A stretch of 64,000 nt of DNA from an uncultured Actinomycetota bacterium (GTDB lineage Bacteria; Actinomycetota; Acidimicrobiia; Acidimicrobiales; RAAP-2): contig CAVPWU010000011.1 in NCBI GenBank assembly GCA_963709665.1, positions 243,416 to 307,415 on the forward strand. The letters run 5' to 3'. The notes beneath the pieces are model-generated. The model did not search any database. It was not told the origin of the DNA and was given only the letters and a program-made list of their open reading frames with translations. Positions 34,795 through 43,326 of this stretch are shown here, one piece after another (the stretch's first letter is position 1; each line of letters opens with the position of its first letter). The position numbers and the translations under genes were made by a program.

Positions 34795-35504
34795 CACAGG
34801 CAGGGGGAGGCGGGTACCGGGGCGTGATGGGTCACCCGGTGACGGGAGGGGACGTCGCCCCGCCGGGGCGGGCACCCGCCGGGCTGGCCGGTCCCCGCCC
34901 GGCCGGCCGGTTCGGTCGGTTCAGCTCCTTCGGCGCTCCCGGAAGCGTCAGAGTGGATGGTCAACCTGACCTGCACCGTCCCTCCCTCGCGACTGGTGGT
35001 CACCGGGAACCCCGCCCGGGTGAAGACGTCGATCATGCCGCGGTTCTCGGCCAGCGTCTCGGCGACCAGGACGGTGATGCCGTGGCTGGCGGCCGCCGCC
35101 GCCAGCATGGCCAGGAGCCGGGATCCGATGCCGTGGTCCTGGAACTCGTCGGCCACCACGAACGCCACCTCGGCCTCCGCGGTTCCGGGGAACCGCTCAT
35201 ACCTTCCGACGGCGACGATGCGATCGCCGTCGATGGCGACGAGGGCCAGGCGGTCCACGTAGTCGACGTGGGTGAGACGGTGAACCTCCTGGTCCGAGAG
35301 CTTGGGGTGCAGGTAGAAGTATCGGAGGTAGACGGACCGGGGGGAGAGATGCTCATGGAACCGACGGAGGCGCTCCTCGTCGTCGGGGAGGATCGGTCGC
35401 ACCTGCACGGTGGTGACGCCGGTGGAGAACTCGCAGGTCAGTGTGGGGGGATCACCGTCCCGACCCGGCCCGGGGCCGGCCAGCTCGGCCCTACCGGTCG
35501 CCAT
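34791..35504 (-). CDS. GNAT-family N-acetyltransferase.
   Basis: The acetyl-CoA-binding region is ..AFVVADEFQDHGIGSRLLAMLAAAAASHG... The exact start is uncertain. Confidence 0.8.
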   Translation of the reverse strand: MATGRAELAGPGPGRDGDPPTLTCEFSTGVTTVQVRPILPDDEERLRRFHEHLSPRSVYLRYFYLHPKLSDQEVHRLTHVDYVDRLALVAIDGDRIVAVGRYERFPGTAEAEVAFVVADEFQDHGIGSRLLAMLAAAAASHGITVLVAETLAENRGMIDVFTRAGFPVTTSREGGTVQVRLTIHSDASGSAEGAEPTEPAGRAGTGQPGGCPPRRGDVPSRHRVTHHAPVPASPCLW

Positions 35505-36183
35505 GGGTCCGTCGACCGGTCACGGTGTGGGGGGTCAGGCGCACCAGGACCTCCAGTGCCCCACCCGGCCAGGGCTCGACGGCGAGGGACTCCACCTGGA
35601 CCCGCTCGATCGGATCGGCGACCAGGCGGCCGTGCCCGGTGATCAGCACGCTCCATCCCTCCGTCAGGGCGTCATCCAACCGGTCGACCTCGAACGACAG
35701 GTCCTCGGGCGCGGCGTCGGCGCCGACCAGGTGATCGAGTACCGACGCCCCGGTGGCGGTCCGGAAGATGATGTCCCCCTCGAAGACCCGGAAGTTGACC
35801 GGCCAGGCGACCGGTCCCCGCTCATCGGTGAAGACGATCCGCCCGACCCCGCCGGGGGCCACCAGGGCGGTGCACTCATCGACGGTCAGCTCACGGATCG
35901 ACGGCCGTCCCGGAGGTCGGTGACGACCCGGGGGGTACCCCGCCTCCCCGCCGGTCGGATCGCCGACCCCGCCGGTCAGATCATCGATCGGAACGTCCAG
36001 GGCGTCGGAGAGTCGCCACAGGCCGGCCCTCGAGGGCTGCAGGCATCGACTGGACTCCAGCGCCCGGAGGTGGTTGGGGCTCATGCCCGCACGGGCGGCC
36101 AGGCCCTCGACGGTGAGCCCCCGTGCCCGCCGGCGCTCCCCCACCCTGCGACCGAGGTCGCCGCCACCGGTCACGACCCCCAT
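35491..36183 (-). CDS. XRE-type HTH fused to a pyridoxamine 5'-phosphate oxidase-family (PPOX / F420-binding fold) domain.
   Basis: The N-terminus is RRARGLTVEGLAARAGMSPNHLRALESS. The C-terminus is LTVDECTALVAPGGVGRIVFTDERGPVAWPVNFRVFEGDIIFRT. Confidence 0.8.
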   Translation of the reverse strand: MGVVTGGGDLGRRVGERRRARGLTVEGLAARAGMSPNHLRALESSRCLQPSRAGLWRLSDALDVPIDDLTGGVGDPTGGEAGYPPGRHRPPGRPSIRELTVDECTALVAPGGVGRIVFTDERGPVAWPVNFRVFEGDIIFRTATGASVLDHLVGADAAPEDLSFEVDRLDDALTEGWSVLITGHGRLVADPIERVQVESLAVEPWPGGALEVLVRLTPHTVTGRRTHGDR

Positions 36184-36185
36184 GC

Positions 36186-37163
36186 TCACGACGACCCTCC
36201 GTGCAGGCGGAGGACCGACGTCGGAGCCTCCCCGGACGGCTCCCGATCGCCGCTGACGGCGTCGGCCAGCGATCGCTCCACCGACGCCACCGGCGGTCGG
36301 ATGATGACCACCGCGCCACTGGCGTGACGGGCGCACTGGTGGGCCACCGAACCGAGGAGGGCTTCGCGGAAGGTCCCGTGGCCACCCGATCCGAGGACCA
36401 GGAGGTCGGCGCCGCCAGATGCGTCGAGGAGGGAGGGGACGACGGGGCCGAAGTGGGCCACGGCGTGGAACGGGACGTCCGGGGCCCACCGGTCCCGGGA
36501 TGCGTTGGCACCGTCGACCAGCTCCTGACCGGCGGCCTCGAAACCCTCGGTCGGACCCAGCACGAAGGCGCCGATCGGAGGGTACTGCCAGGCGTAGATG
36601 GCCTCCACCGACGCGGAACGGATCCTCGCCTCGTCGAGCGCCCAGTGGAGGGCGAGGGAGGAGTCGAACGACCCGTCGATCCCGACCACCAGGTGGGGGG
36701 GGCGCTGCCCGGGGAGCTGGTCCGGACCCTCGGAGACCACCACCACCGGGCAGTACGAGTACTGGATGCACTGATCGCTGACCGAGCCCAGGAGCAGGCC
36801 CTGGAAGCCACCGACGCCACGGGCTCCCACCACCAGAAGGTCGGCGGACCGGCTCGCCTCGGTGAGGACGGCGGCCGGGGCCCGCTCCACCACCTCGGCC
36901 CGGGCCAGCACCTCGGGGTTACGGGTGGCGACCAGCGCGGCAGCGTCGTCCACCACCGCCTGGCCGGCGGTCACCCCGGTGGCGTCGGCCTCGTACCAGG
37001 GAGGGAGGTGCCGGGGGGGCCGGCTCTCGGCGAACAGGATCCGGAGCAGCGAGCCGCGCCGGGCCGCCTCGTCACAGGCCCAGTTCACCGCCAGGCGCGA
37101 CTGGTCGGATCCGTCGACCCCCACCACGATGGTGCTCGTCCTGCTGTTGGCATCCTCCGGCAT
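36186..37163 (-). CDS. Universal stress protein with tandem USP domains.
   Basis: There are two repeats of the pattern IVVGVDGS..S..A..WA..EA......L.....LLVVGARG.GG..G.LLGSVS..C.....CPVVVV. Confidence 0.9.
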   Translation of the reverse strand: MPEDANSRTSTIVVGVDGSDQSRLAVNWACDEAARRGSLLRILFAESRPPRHLPPWYEADATGVTAGQAVVDDAAALVATRNPEVLARAEVVERAPAAVLTEASRSADLLVVGARGVGGFQGLLLGSVSDQCIQYSYCPVVVVSEGPDQLPGQRPPHLVVGIDGSFDSSLALHWALDEARIRSASVEAIYAWQYPPIGAFVLGPTEGFEAAGQELVDGANASRDRWAPDVPFHAVAHFGPVVPSLLDASGGADLLVLGSGGHGTFREALLGSVAHQCARHASGAVVIIRPPVASVERSLADAVSGDREPSGEAPTSVLRLHGGSS

Positions 37164-37192
37164 GCTGCTCCCTCCGCTCCCCGGGCCGCTGG

Positions 37193-37396
37193 CTAGCGGG
37201 GAACGATCACCTGGACATCGGACCCACGTGCCGACTCGAACTCCCGGCGGGTCATGGCGATGTCGTCGAGGACGTACGGGCTGAGGGTGGCACGGGCCGA
37301 CGTCCTGGTGACTCCGGTCTGCTGCGGGTGGTGGCGGGTGGAGCGCTGCACGGCATCCTCCTGGTTCCGGCGCCCGGTGCGCCTCTCGCCACCCAT
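37193..37396 (-). CDS. Small hypothetical protein (67 aa), first ORF of the USP operon.
   Basis: MGGERRTGRRNQEDAVQRST...LSPYVLDDIAMTRREFESARGSDVQVIVPR. Third-position G/C is high. Its ATG lies 28 nt past the last base of a DosR-like box. Confidence 0.45.
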   Translation of the reverse strand: MGGERRTGRRNQEDAVQRSTRHHPQQTGVTRTSARATLSPYVLDDIAMTRREFESARGSDVQVIVPR

Positions 37397-37423
37397 TCCA
37401 ATCCCGGAGGGCCGATGAGGGTA

Positions 37424-37437
37424 GGGCCGAAAGTCAC
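37424..37437 (-). promoter_or_regulatory. DosR-box-like 14-mer.
   Basis: It reads GTGACTTTCGGCCC on the minus strand. Confidence 0.5.
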
Positions 37438-37537
37438 GTGCGTGCGACCGCCACCACGGTGGTGCCGAGGTCCCCTCTCCCGGCCCGGCTCCGAAGGTGC
37501 CGCCCGCCGCCGGCCGCCCGGCAGGCAACCGCCGGCT

Positions 37538-38212
37538 TCAGGTGCCGGTGGCGTCGCCCCGCTGCTCGTGGGCGGCCCGCTCGGCCACCCGGGTGGCGTA
37601 GCTGGCCGCCTGGGTCCGCCGCTCCATCCCCAGTTTGGCCAGGAGGTTCGACACGTAGTTCTTCACGGTCTTCTCGGCCAGGAACATGGTGTTGGCGATC
37701 TGGCGGTTGGTCTGACCCTCGGCCACCAGGTCGAGGATCCGGCGCTCCTGGGGGGTGAGTGCGGCCAGGAGCGGGTCCTTCTCGGCCCCGGTGCGCGCCT
37801 GCTCGACGACGCGCTCGACCATGGCGGGGTCGAGCAGCGACTCCCCCCCGGCCACCCGGCGCACGTCGTCGACCAGGCTGCTTCCCCCCACCTGCTTCAG
37901 GATGTAGCCGGAGGCACCGGCCATGACGGCGGCGAACAGCGCCTCGTCATCGGCGTAGGAGGTGAGCATGAGACAGGCGATCTCCGGCTGATCCGATCGG
38001 ATCTCACGGCACACGTCGATCCCGCTACCGTCAGGGAGGCGGACGTCCAGAATGGCCACGTGGGGACGGGTCGGGGGGATCCGGTCCAGGGCCTCGGCGA
38101 CGGTCGAGGCCTCGCCCACCACCTCCAGGTCGTCCTGGGACTCGAGGAGGGAGCGGAGGCCGGTGCGGACGATCTCGTGGTCATCGAGAAGGAAGATCCG
38201 GATGATTTCCAC
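37538..38212 (-). CDS. devR: NarL/LuxR-family response regulator closely resembling DevR/DosR.
   Basis: IFLLDDHEIVRTGL...VAILDVRLPDGSGIDVCREI...CLMLTSY.DDEAL..A..AGASGY...LTPQERRILDLVAEGQTNRQIANTMFLAEKTVKNYVSNLLAKLGMERRTQAA is nearly collinear with M. tuberculosis DosR as I remember it. Confidence 0.85.
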   Translation of the reverse strand: MEIIRIFLLDDHEIVRTGLRSLLESQDDLEVVGEASTVAEALDRIPPTRPHVAILDVRLPDGSGIDVCREIRSDQPEIACLMLTSYADDEALFAAVMAGASGYILKQVGGSSLVDDVRRVAGGESLLDPAMVERVVEQARTGAEKDPLLAALTPQERRILDLVAEGQTNRQIANTMFLAEKTVKNYVSNLLAKLGMERRTQAASYATRVAERAAHEQRGDATGT

Positions 38213-38301
38213 GCCACTCCTCGGTCACCGGCCGACTTCTACTATTTCCCTCGTTGGGACCCCGGAAAGAGGAGTAGCGTACAGGGGACCGGCTGTCCAG
38301 A

Positions 38302-39465
38302 ATGCTAGTCGTTCCGGTCGCTGGAGGTGTTGTGCCCTATCACTCCCTCGAAGACCCCGCCAAGCTGCGCCGAGTGCTCGAGGCGACCCTGCTGCTCGAG
38401 GCCGACCTCGACCTCCCCACCCTGCTCCGGCACATCGTCGAGGAGGCCCGGTCGATGACCAACGCCCGCTACGGGGCGCTGGGGGTCCTCGACGAGGACG
38501 GCACGGCGCTGGCGGAGTTCGTGACGGTGGGGATGGGGCCCGAGGAGGAGACCCGGATCGGGGACCGGCCGACCGGGCGGGGCGTGCTGGGCGAACTCAT
38601 CACCGACCCCCGCCCGATGCGGGCGGCCCGGTTGGAGGCCCACCCGTCGAGCTTCGGATTCCCTCCCCACCACCCGCCGATGACCTCGTTCCTCGGGGTG
38701 CCCATCAAGGTGCGGGACGAGGTCTACGGCAACCTCTACCTCACCGACAAGATCGGCTGGTCGGAGTTCACCAGCGACGACGAGGCGCTGATCGGGGCCC
38801 TGGCCGTGGCGGCCGGCATCGCCATCGACAACGCCCGGCTGCACGCCCGGGTGCAGGTGGCGGCCGTCTACGAGGAGCGGGACCGCCTGGCCCGTGACCT
38901 CCACGACACGGTGATCCAGCGACTGTTCGCCATCGGGCTGTCCCTCCAGGGGCTGGTGGCCTCTCCCACCGCCGAGCGCAGCTCCGAACGCCTGACCAAG
39001 GCCATCTCGGACGTGGACGACACCATCCGACAGGTCCGGACCAGCATCTTCGAACTCGGATCGGACGGATCGAGGCTGGGAACCCGGGACCAGGTCCTCT
39101 CGCTCCTGCAGGAGCTCCGGCCGGTGGTGGGATTCGACATCCGGGCATCCTTCGACGGCCCGATCGACACCGCCGTCACCGACGCCGTCCGCGATCACCT
39201 GCTGGCCGTCATCCGGGAGGCGGTGACCAACATCGGTCGTCACGCCGAGGCCACCGCCGCCACCGTGACCCTCTCCGCCTCGGCCGGACGCTGCCGGTTG
39301 CAGGTCCGGGACGACGGCTGCGGCCTCCCGGCCGCCGAACGGGGGACCGGACTCGGACTGGGCAACCTCCGTCGCCGGGCGGAGAAGCTCGGCGGTGAGC
39401 TGACCATCGGGCACCCCGACGCCGGGGGGACGGAGCTGATCTGGGACGTGCCCCTCACCCGGTAG
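38302..39465 (+). CDS. GAF-domain sensor histidine kinase (HisKA_3 / HATPase_c), a DevS/DosT-like partner.
   Basis: The GAF region is ARYGALGVLDEDG...GVPIKVRDEVYGNLYLTDK. The H-box is RDRLARDLHDTVIQRLFAIGLSLQ. The ATPase motifs are VTNIGRHA..., DDGCG and GLGLGNLRRRAEKLGG. Confidence 0.9.
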   Translation: MLVVPVAGGVVPYHSLEDPAKLRRVLEATLLLEADLDLPTLLRHIVEEARSMTNARYGALGVLDEDGTALAEFVTVGMGPEEETRIGDRPTGRGVLGELITDPRPMRAARLEAHPSSFGFPPHHPPMTSFLGVPIKVRDEVYGNLYLTDKIGWSEFTSDDEALIGALAVAAGIAIDNARLHARVQVAAVYEERDRLARDLHDTVIQRLFAIGLSLQGLVASPTAERSSERLTKAISDVDDTIRQVRTSIFELGSDGSRLGTRDQVLSLLQELRPVVGFDIRASFDGPIDTAVTDAVRDHLLAVIREAVTNIGRHAEATAATVTLSASAGRCRLQVRDDGCGLPAAERGTGLGLGNLRRRAEKLGGELTIGHPDAGGTELIWDVPLTR

Positions 39466-39526
39466 GTGGCCCGGAGCCGGGGCGCCGCCCGGACCGCGGG
39501 CGCCGGGGCTTCGGGCCCTCGTCGAA

Positions 39527-39540
39527 GGGACTTTCGCCCC
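39527..39540 (+). promoter_or_regulatory. DosR-box-like 14-mer.
   Basis: GGGACTTTCGCCCC lies 196 nt upstream of USP start 39736. Confidence 0.45.
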
Positions 39541-39735
39541 TGGTGACGGCGGTGGGGCTTCCTTACCGTGCACAGAGGACACGCTCCTGGGGGCCGCCCG
39601 GGGCAGGGAGCCTCGATGTCACTCACCACGGATGGTCCGGCGCCCGAGAAGGCACCGGTCCCGCTGACGTAACGCCACCTGCCGACGGGCTTCACCACGC
39701 CACACCCAACGCCAGCCGAACGAGAGGACAGCACC

Positions 39736-40686
39736 ATGGCCACACCGACACCTGCAGATGCCGCCGCCGCCACCGGCGGCCGGATCGTGGTGGGCTTCGA
39801 CGACTCCGACGGATCCAACCACGCCCTGCGCTGGGCGGCCGTCGAGGCCGGCCGGCGGGGCCTGGCCCTGCGAACCGTCACCGCCCTGGGCCCCGACTAC
39901 GCCTTCCTCGACAAGGGGGAGTTCGAGACCTACGCCGCCGAGGCCGAGAAGCAGGTGGTCGACGCGGTGCACGCGGTCGCCCCGGACCTTCTCGTCGAGC
40001 ACCGGGTCGTGCAGGACATGCCGGCGGCGGCGCTCCGGGCGGAGAGCGAGACGGCCGATCTCCTGGTGGTGGGATCGCGGGGTCGCGGGGGGTTCGTCGG
40101 GCTGTTGCTGGGTTCGGTCAGTCGGCAGTGCGTCCATCGCTCCCGATGTCCGGTCGTGGTGGTGCGCCCGGCGGTGCCCCACCCGCAACCGACCGCCACC
40201 GGCTCCGCCGGTCGATTGGCCGAACTCGAGGTTCCGGGGACAGGCTCCCGCCGGATCGTGGTGGGAGTCGACGGATCACCCTCCTCCGATGCCGCGCTGC
40301 GCTGGGCGGCGGACGAGGCCGAGCTCACCGGTGCCACCCTTGAGCCACTCCACAGCTGGGAGTGGTTGACGAGCGCCGGCTGGGCCATCCTCCCCGCCGA
40401 CTTCGATCCGCGACATGACGCCCAGACGGTGCTCGACGATGCCATCCGGCCGGTCCGGGCCCTCCACCCCGACCTCGAGATGACCGCCCTGGTGGCCGAA
40501 GGGCAGGCCGCCGAGCTGCTGACCCGGACGTCCGAGGGTGCCGACCTGCTGGTGCTCGGCTCCCGGGGGCACGGCGAGGTGTCCGGCATGGTGCTGGGCT
40601 CGGTCTCCGACTACTGCGCCACCCATGCGCACTCGGCGGTGCTCATCATGCGCGGCAAGGGGTCCGGCGACACGGAGGGGACCTAG
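39736..40686 (+). CDS. Universal stress protein with tandem USP domains.
   Basis: There are two USP repeats (IVVGFDDSDGSNHALRWA..., LLVVGSRGRGGFVGLLLGSVSRQCVHRSRCPVVVV). Confidence 0.9.
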   Translation: MATPTPADAAAATGGRIVVGFDDSDGSNHALRWAAVEAGRRGLALRTVTALGPDYAFLDKGEFETYAAEAEKQVVDAVHAVAPDLLVEHRVVQDMPAAALRAESETADLLVVGSRGRGGFVGLLLGSVSRQCVHRSRCPVVVVRPAVPHPQPTATGSAGRLAELEVPGTGSRRIVVGVDGSPSSDAALRWAADEAELTGATLEPLHSWEWLTSAGWAILPADFDPRHDAQTVLDDAIRPVRALHPDLEMTALVAEGQAAELLTRTSEGADLLVLGSRGHGEVSGMVLGSVSDYCATHAHSAVLIMRGKGSGDTEGT

Positions 40687-41709
40687 ATGCCTCCGGGATC
40701 GATGCGGGCCTGGGTGGTGGATACTCCCGGGCCTGTCGATTCGAGGCCCCTCCGGAGGGTCGAACGGCCCCTACCGGTGCCGGGACCGGGGCAGGTCCGG
40801 GTCCGGGTCCGGGCCTGCGGCGTGTGCCGCACCGACCTCCACCTGGCCGAGGGCGACCTGGCCCCCAGGCACCCCTCGGTGGTGCCCGGGCACGAGGTGG
40901 TCGGGGTGGTCGACGAGCTCGGGCCCGACAGCGCCCGCTTCCGTGCGGGCGACCGGGTGGGTGTCCCCTGGCTCGGACAGACCTGCGGGGTCTGCCGGTT
41001 CTGTGCGGACGGCCGGGAGAACCTGTGCCTCGAGCCGCGCTTCACCGGTTGGGACGTCGACGGCGGCTACGCCGACTTCGTGGTGGTGGAGGAGGGCTTC
41101 GCCTACGTCATCCCCGACGTCTTCAGCGATCTCGATGCGGCCCCCCTGCTGTGTGCCGGGATCATCGGCTACCGGGCCCTCCGGCGCTCCCAGCTCCCGG
41201 CCGGGGGGCGACTGGGCATCTACGGATTCGGCGGATCGGCACACCTGACCGCCCAGATCGCCATGGCGGAAGGGGCCCGGGTGCACGTGATGACCCGTGC
41301 CCCCGAAGCCCGAGAGCTGGCGCTGGAGCTCGGGGCCGCCAGCGCCGGGGACGCCGACCAGCCACCCCCGGAGCCACTCGACGCCGCCATCCTCTTCGCC
41401 CCGGTGGGCACGCTGGTGCCGCCCGCCCTGGCGGCACTGGATCGCGGCGGGGTGCTGGCCATCGCCGGGATCCACCTGAGCGACATCCCCACCCTGGACT
41501 ACCAGCGGCACCTCTTCGAGGAGCGCTCGCTCTGCAGCGTGACCGCCAACACCCGGGTGGACGGCGAGGAGTTCCTGCGGGCCGCCGCCCGGGTCCCGGT
41601 GCGGGTGTCGGCGGTGCCGTACGAGTTCGAGGAGGCCGACCGGGCGCTGTCCGACCTGGCCCATGACCGGGTGAACGGAGCCGCCGTGCTGGTCAGCCCG
41701 ACGAACTAG
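40687..41709 (+). CDS. Zinc-binding alcohol dehydrogenase family protein.
   Basis: The sequence has [23 protein letters not shown] and [15 protein letters not shown]. The ATG immediately follows the USP stop. Confidence 0.9.
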   Translation: MPPGSMRAWVVDTPGPVDSRPLRRVERPLPVPGPGQVRVRVRACGVCRTDLHLAEGDLAPRHPSVVPGHEVVGVVDELGPDSARFRAGDRVGVPWLGQTCGVCRFCADGRENLCLEPRFTGWDVDGGYADFVVVEEGFAYVIPDVFSDLDAAPLLCAGIIGYRALRRSQLPAGGRLGIYGFGGSAHLTAQIAMAEGARVHVMTRAPEARELALELGAASAGDADQPPPEPLDAAILFAPVGTLVPPALAALDRGGVLAIAGIHLSDIPTLDYQRHLFEERSLCSVTANTRVDGEEFLRAAARVPVRVSAVPYEFEEADRALSDLAHDRVNGAAVLVSPTN

Positions 41710-41722
41710 GGTCTTTCGGCCC
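41709..41722 (+). promoter_or_regulatory. DosR-box-like 14-mer.
   Basis: GGGTCTTTCGGCCC lies upstream of ATG 41750, which is 28 nt past the motif's last base (27 nt intervening). Confidence 0.5.
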
Positions 41723-41749
41723 TGCTGGCCGGCCGGGGCGGCGGTCAGG

Positions 41750-42205
41750 ATGGGTCGGGTGGCACATCCAGGTGATCCGAACAAGACGTCCCTGTCCCGG
41801 GACGAGTGTCTCTCCCGACTGACGTCCGTCCCGGTGGGTCGGATCAGCGTGAGCATCGACGCCCTGCCGGTGATCCTCCCGATCCACTTCGCCGTGGGCG
41901 ACGACTCGGTGCTCATCCAGACCGTCCGCGACACCAAGCTCGACCTGGCGGCGGCCCACTCGGTGGTGGCCTTCCAGGCCGACGCGCCGGAGCCGGAAGG
42001 GGGCTGGTGGAGCGTGCTGCTGCAGGGCATCGCCAACCCGGTGGGGGATGACGAGCTCCGAAAGTGGGCGGGGTCCCTGACACCCTGGCCGGGGTCCGAT
42101 GCCCGATCCCCGACCCGGATGCTGCGCATCGGTACGGGCGCCATGCGGGGATGGTCCTTCGGAGCCATCGACATGAGGCTCCAGTCAGGACAGGGCTCCA
42201 CCTGA
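41750..42205 (+). CDS. Pyridoxamine 5'-phosphate oxidase-family protein.
   Basis: LSRDECLSRLTSVPVGRISVSIDALPVILPIHFAV.DDSVLIQT is the same fold signature as the C-terminal domain of 35491..36183. Confidence 0.8.
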   Translation: MGRVAHPGDPNKTSLSRDECLSRLTSVPVGRISVSIDALPVILPIHFAVGDDSVLIQTVRDTKLDLAAAHSVVAFQADAPEPEGGWWSVLLQGIANPVGDDELRKWAGSLTPWPGSDARSPTRMLRIGTGAMRGWSFGAIDMRLQSGQGST

Positions 42206-42446
42206 GTGGACCCTGGGGCCTCCGGTGATCGGTCGCCCTGCGGCAGGCTCCGGAAGGCCCCGCCATCCTCACCCGGGTCACGACACCGGCGCGCCCATCG
42301 GGCCCCCCCCCGGCAACGCGCGCGCCCTCCTACGCGCCTCCCTGTCGGCGCCTCTCCCCTACGCGCGCCTTCCCACGCGCCCCTGCATCCTCGCCGTCGG
42401 GTCGGCGATCGGGTGCGGTGACGTCCTTCGGACGGCCCGGAAGGTT

Positions 42447-42460
42447 GGGACCTTAGGCCC
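42447..42460 (+). promoter_or_regulatory. DosR-box-like 14-mer.
   Basis: GGGACCTTAGGCCC lies 80 nt upstream of ATG 42540. Confidence 0.45.
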
Positions 42461-42539
42461 TGCCCGTCCGGAATCGTGAAGCGCAGGATGAAGGAAAGCG
42501 TCTGCCACGGTGGCAGCGCCCTACCAAAGGGAGTCGGGC

Positions 42540-43160
42540 ATGAACCGCAAACTTTTCGACGTGCTGGCCAGCCTCATCGGCGTGGCCATGGTGGTCGTCC
42601 TGCTCGTCGCAGGCGGACTGCTCATGTGGGGCTACAGCTTCGCCAACTCGAGCGTGCACAGCCAGCTGGCCCAACAGCAGATCACCTTTCCCACCAAGGC
42701 GGAGTTCGCACAGGCCAAGGTGGGTGGCGAGATCGAGCCGGTGATGATCCCCTACCTCGAGAAGTACGCCGGTCAGCAGCTGACCACCGGCCAGCAGGCT
42801 GAGGCGTACGCCGACCACTTCATCGCCTACCACCTCCAGGAGATCGGTGGCGGCCAGACCTACGCCCAGCTCTCCTCCGCCGCCCTGGCCCTGCCCAAGG
42901 GCTCCCCCGCCTACACGGCGGCCGAGGCCAAGGCACAGACGGTGTTCCAGGGGACCACCCTGCGGGGCCTGCTCCTGGAGGCCTATGCCTTCTGGATGAT
43001 CGGGCAGATCGCCCTGATCGCCGGGATCGCCGCCTTCGTCCTCGCCGGGCTGATGGCCCTGCTGGTCGGCATCGGGTTCTGGCACGCCCGGAAGACCGAG
43101 GAGACCGACGAGCTGCTGGTGCACGGCACCACCGTCGACAAGGTGCTGGTGGACGCCTGA
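42540..43160 (+). CDS. Conserved hypothetical membrane protein with N- and C-terminal TM helices.
   Basis: MNRKLFDVLASLIGVAMVVVLLVAGGLLMW... plus C-terminal FWMIGQIALIAGIAAFVLAGLMALLVGIGFW. AAGGGAG lies 7 nt upstream of the ATG. Confidence 0.7.
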   Translation: MNRKLFDVLASLIGVAMVVVLLVAGGLLMWGYSFANSSVHSQLAQQQITFPTKAEFAQAKVGGEIEPVMIPYLEKYAGQQLTTGQQAEAYADHFIAYHLQEIGGGQTYAQLSSAALALPKGSPAYTAAEAKAQTVFQGTTLRGLLLEAYAFWMIGQIALIAGIAAFVLAGLMALLVGIGFWHARKTEETDELLVHGTTVDKVLVDA

Positions 43161-43187
43161 GCCCACCGACTCCGGACCACGGAGCAA

Positions 43188-43227
43188 CGACGGATGCCCG
43201 GCCCCACCGTGGGTCGGGCATCCGTCG
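43188..43227. terminator. Strong GC hairpin between convergent genes, a candidate bidirectional terminator without a U-tract.
   Basis: CGACGGATGCCCG (43188-43200) pairs perfectly with CGGGCATCCGTCG (43215-43227). Four further pairs are possible inside the loop. Confidence 0.5.
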
Positions 43228-43326
43228 CGCCCGACCGGCCGGCCCGAGCCACCGGCTTGAGCGATCGGCTCGAGCGACGGCCCGGGACGGTGACGCCGGT
43301 GGGCCGTCAGGGTCGGATCGGAACCG

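Noticed and set aside
38213-38301. A DosR-like box in the devR / kinase divergent region (GGGACCGGCTGTCC and GGGACCCCGGAAAG).
   Set aside because: Only the GGGAC half-site matches. The spacer between half-sites is one nt too long, or the second half is missing. It does not meet the standard of the other seven sites.
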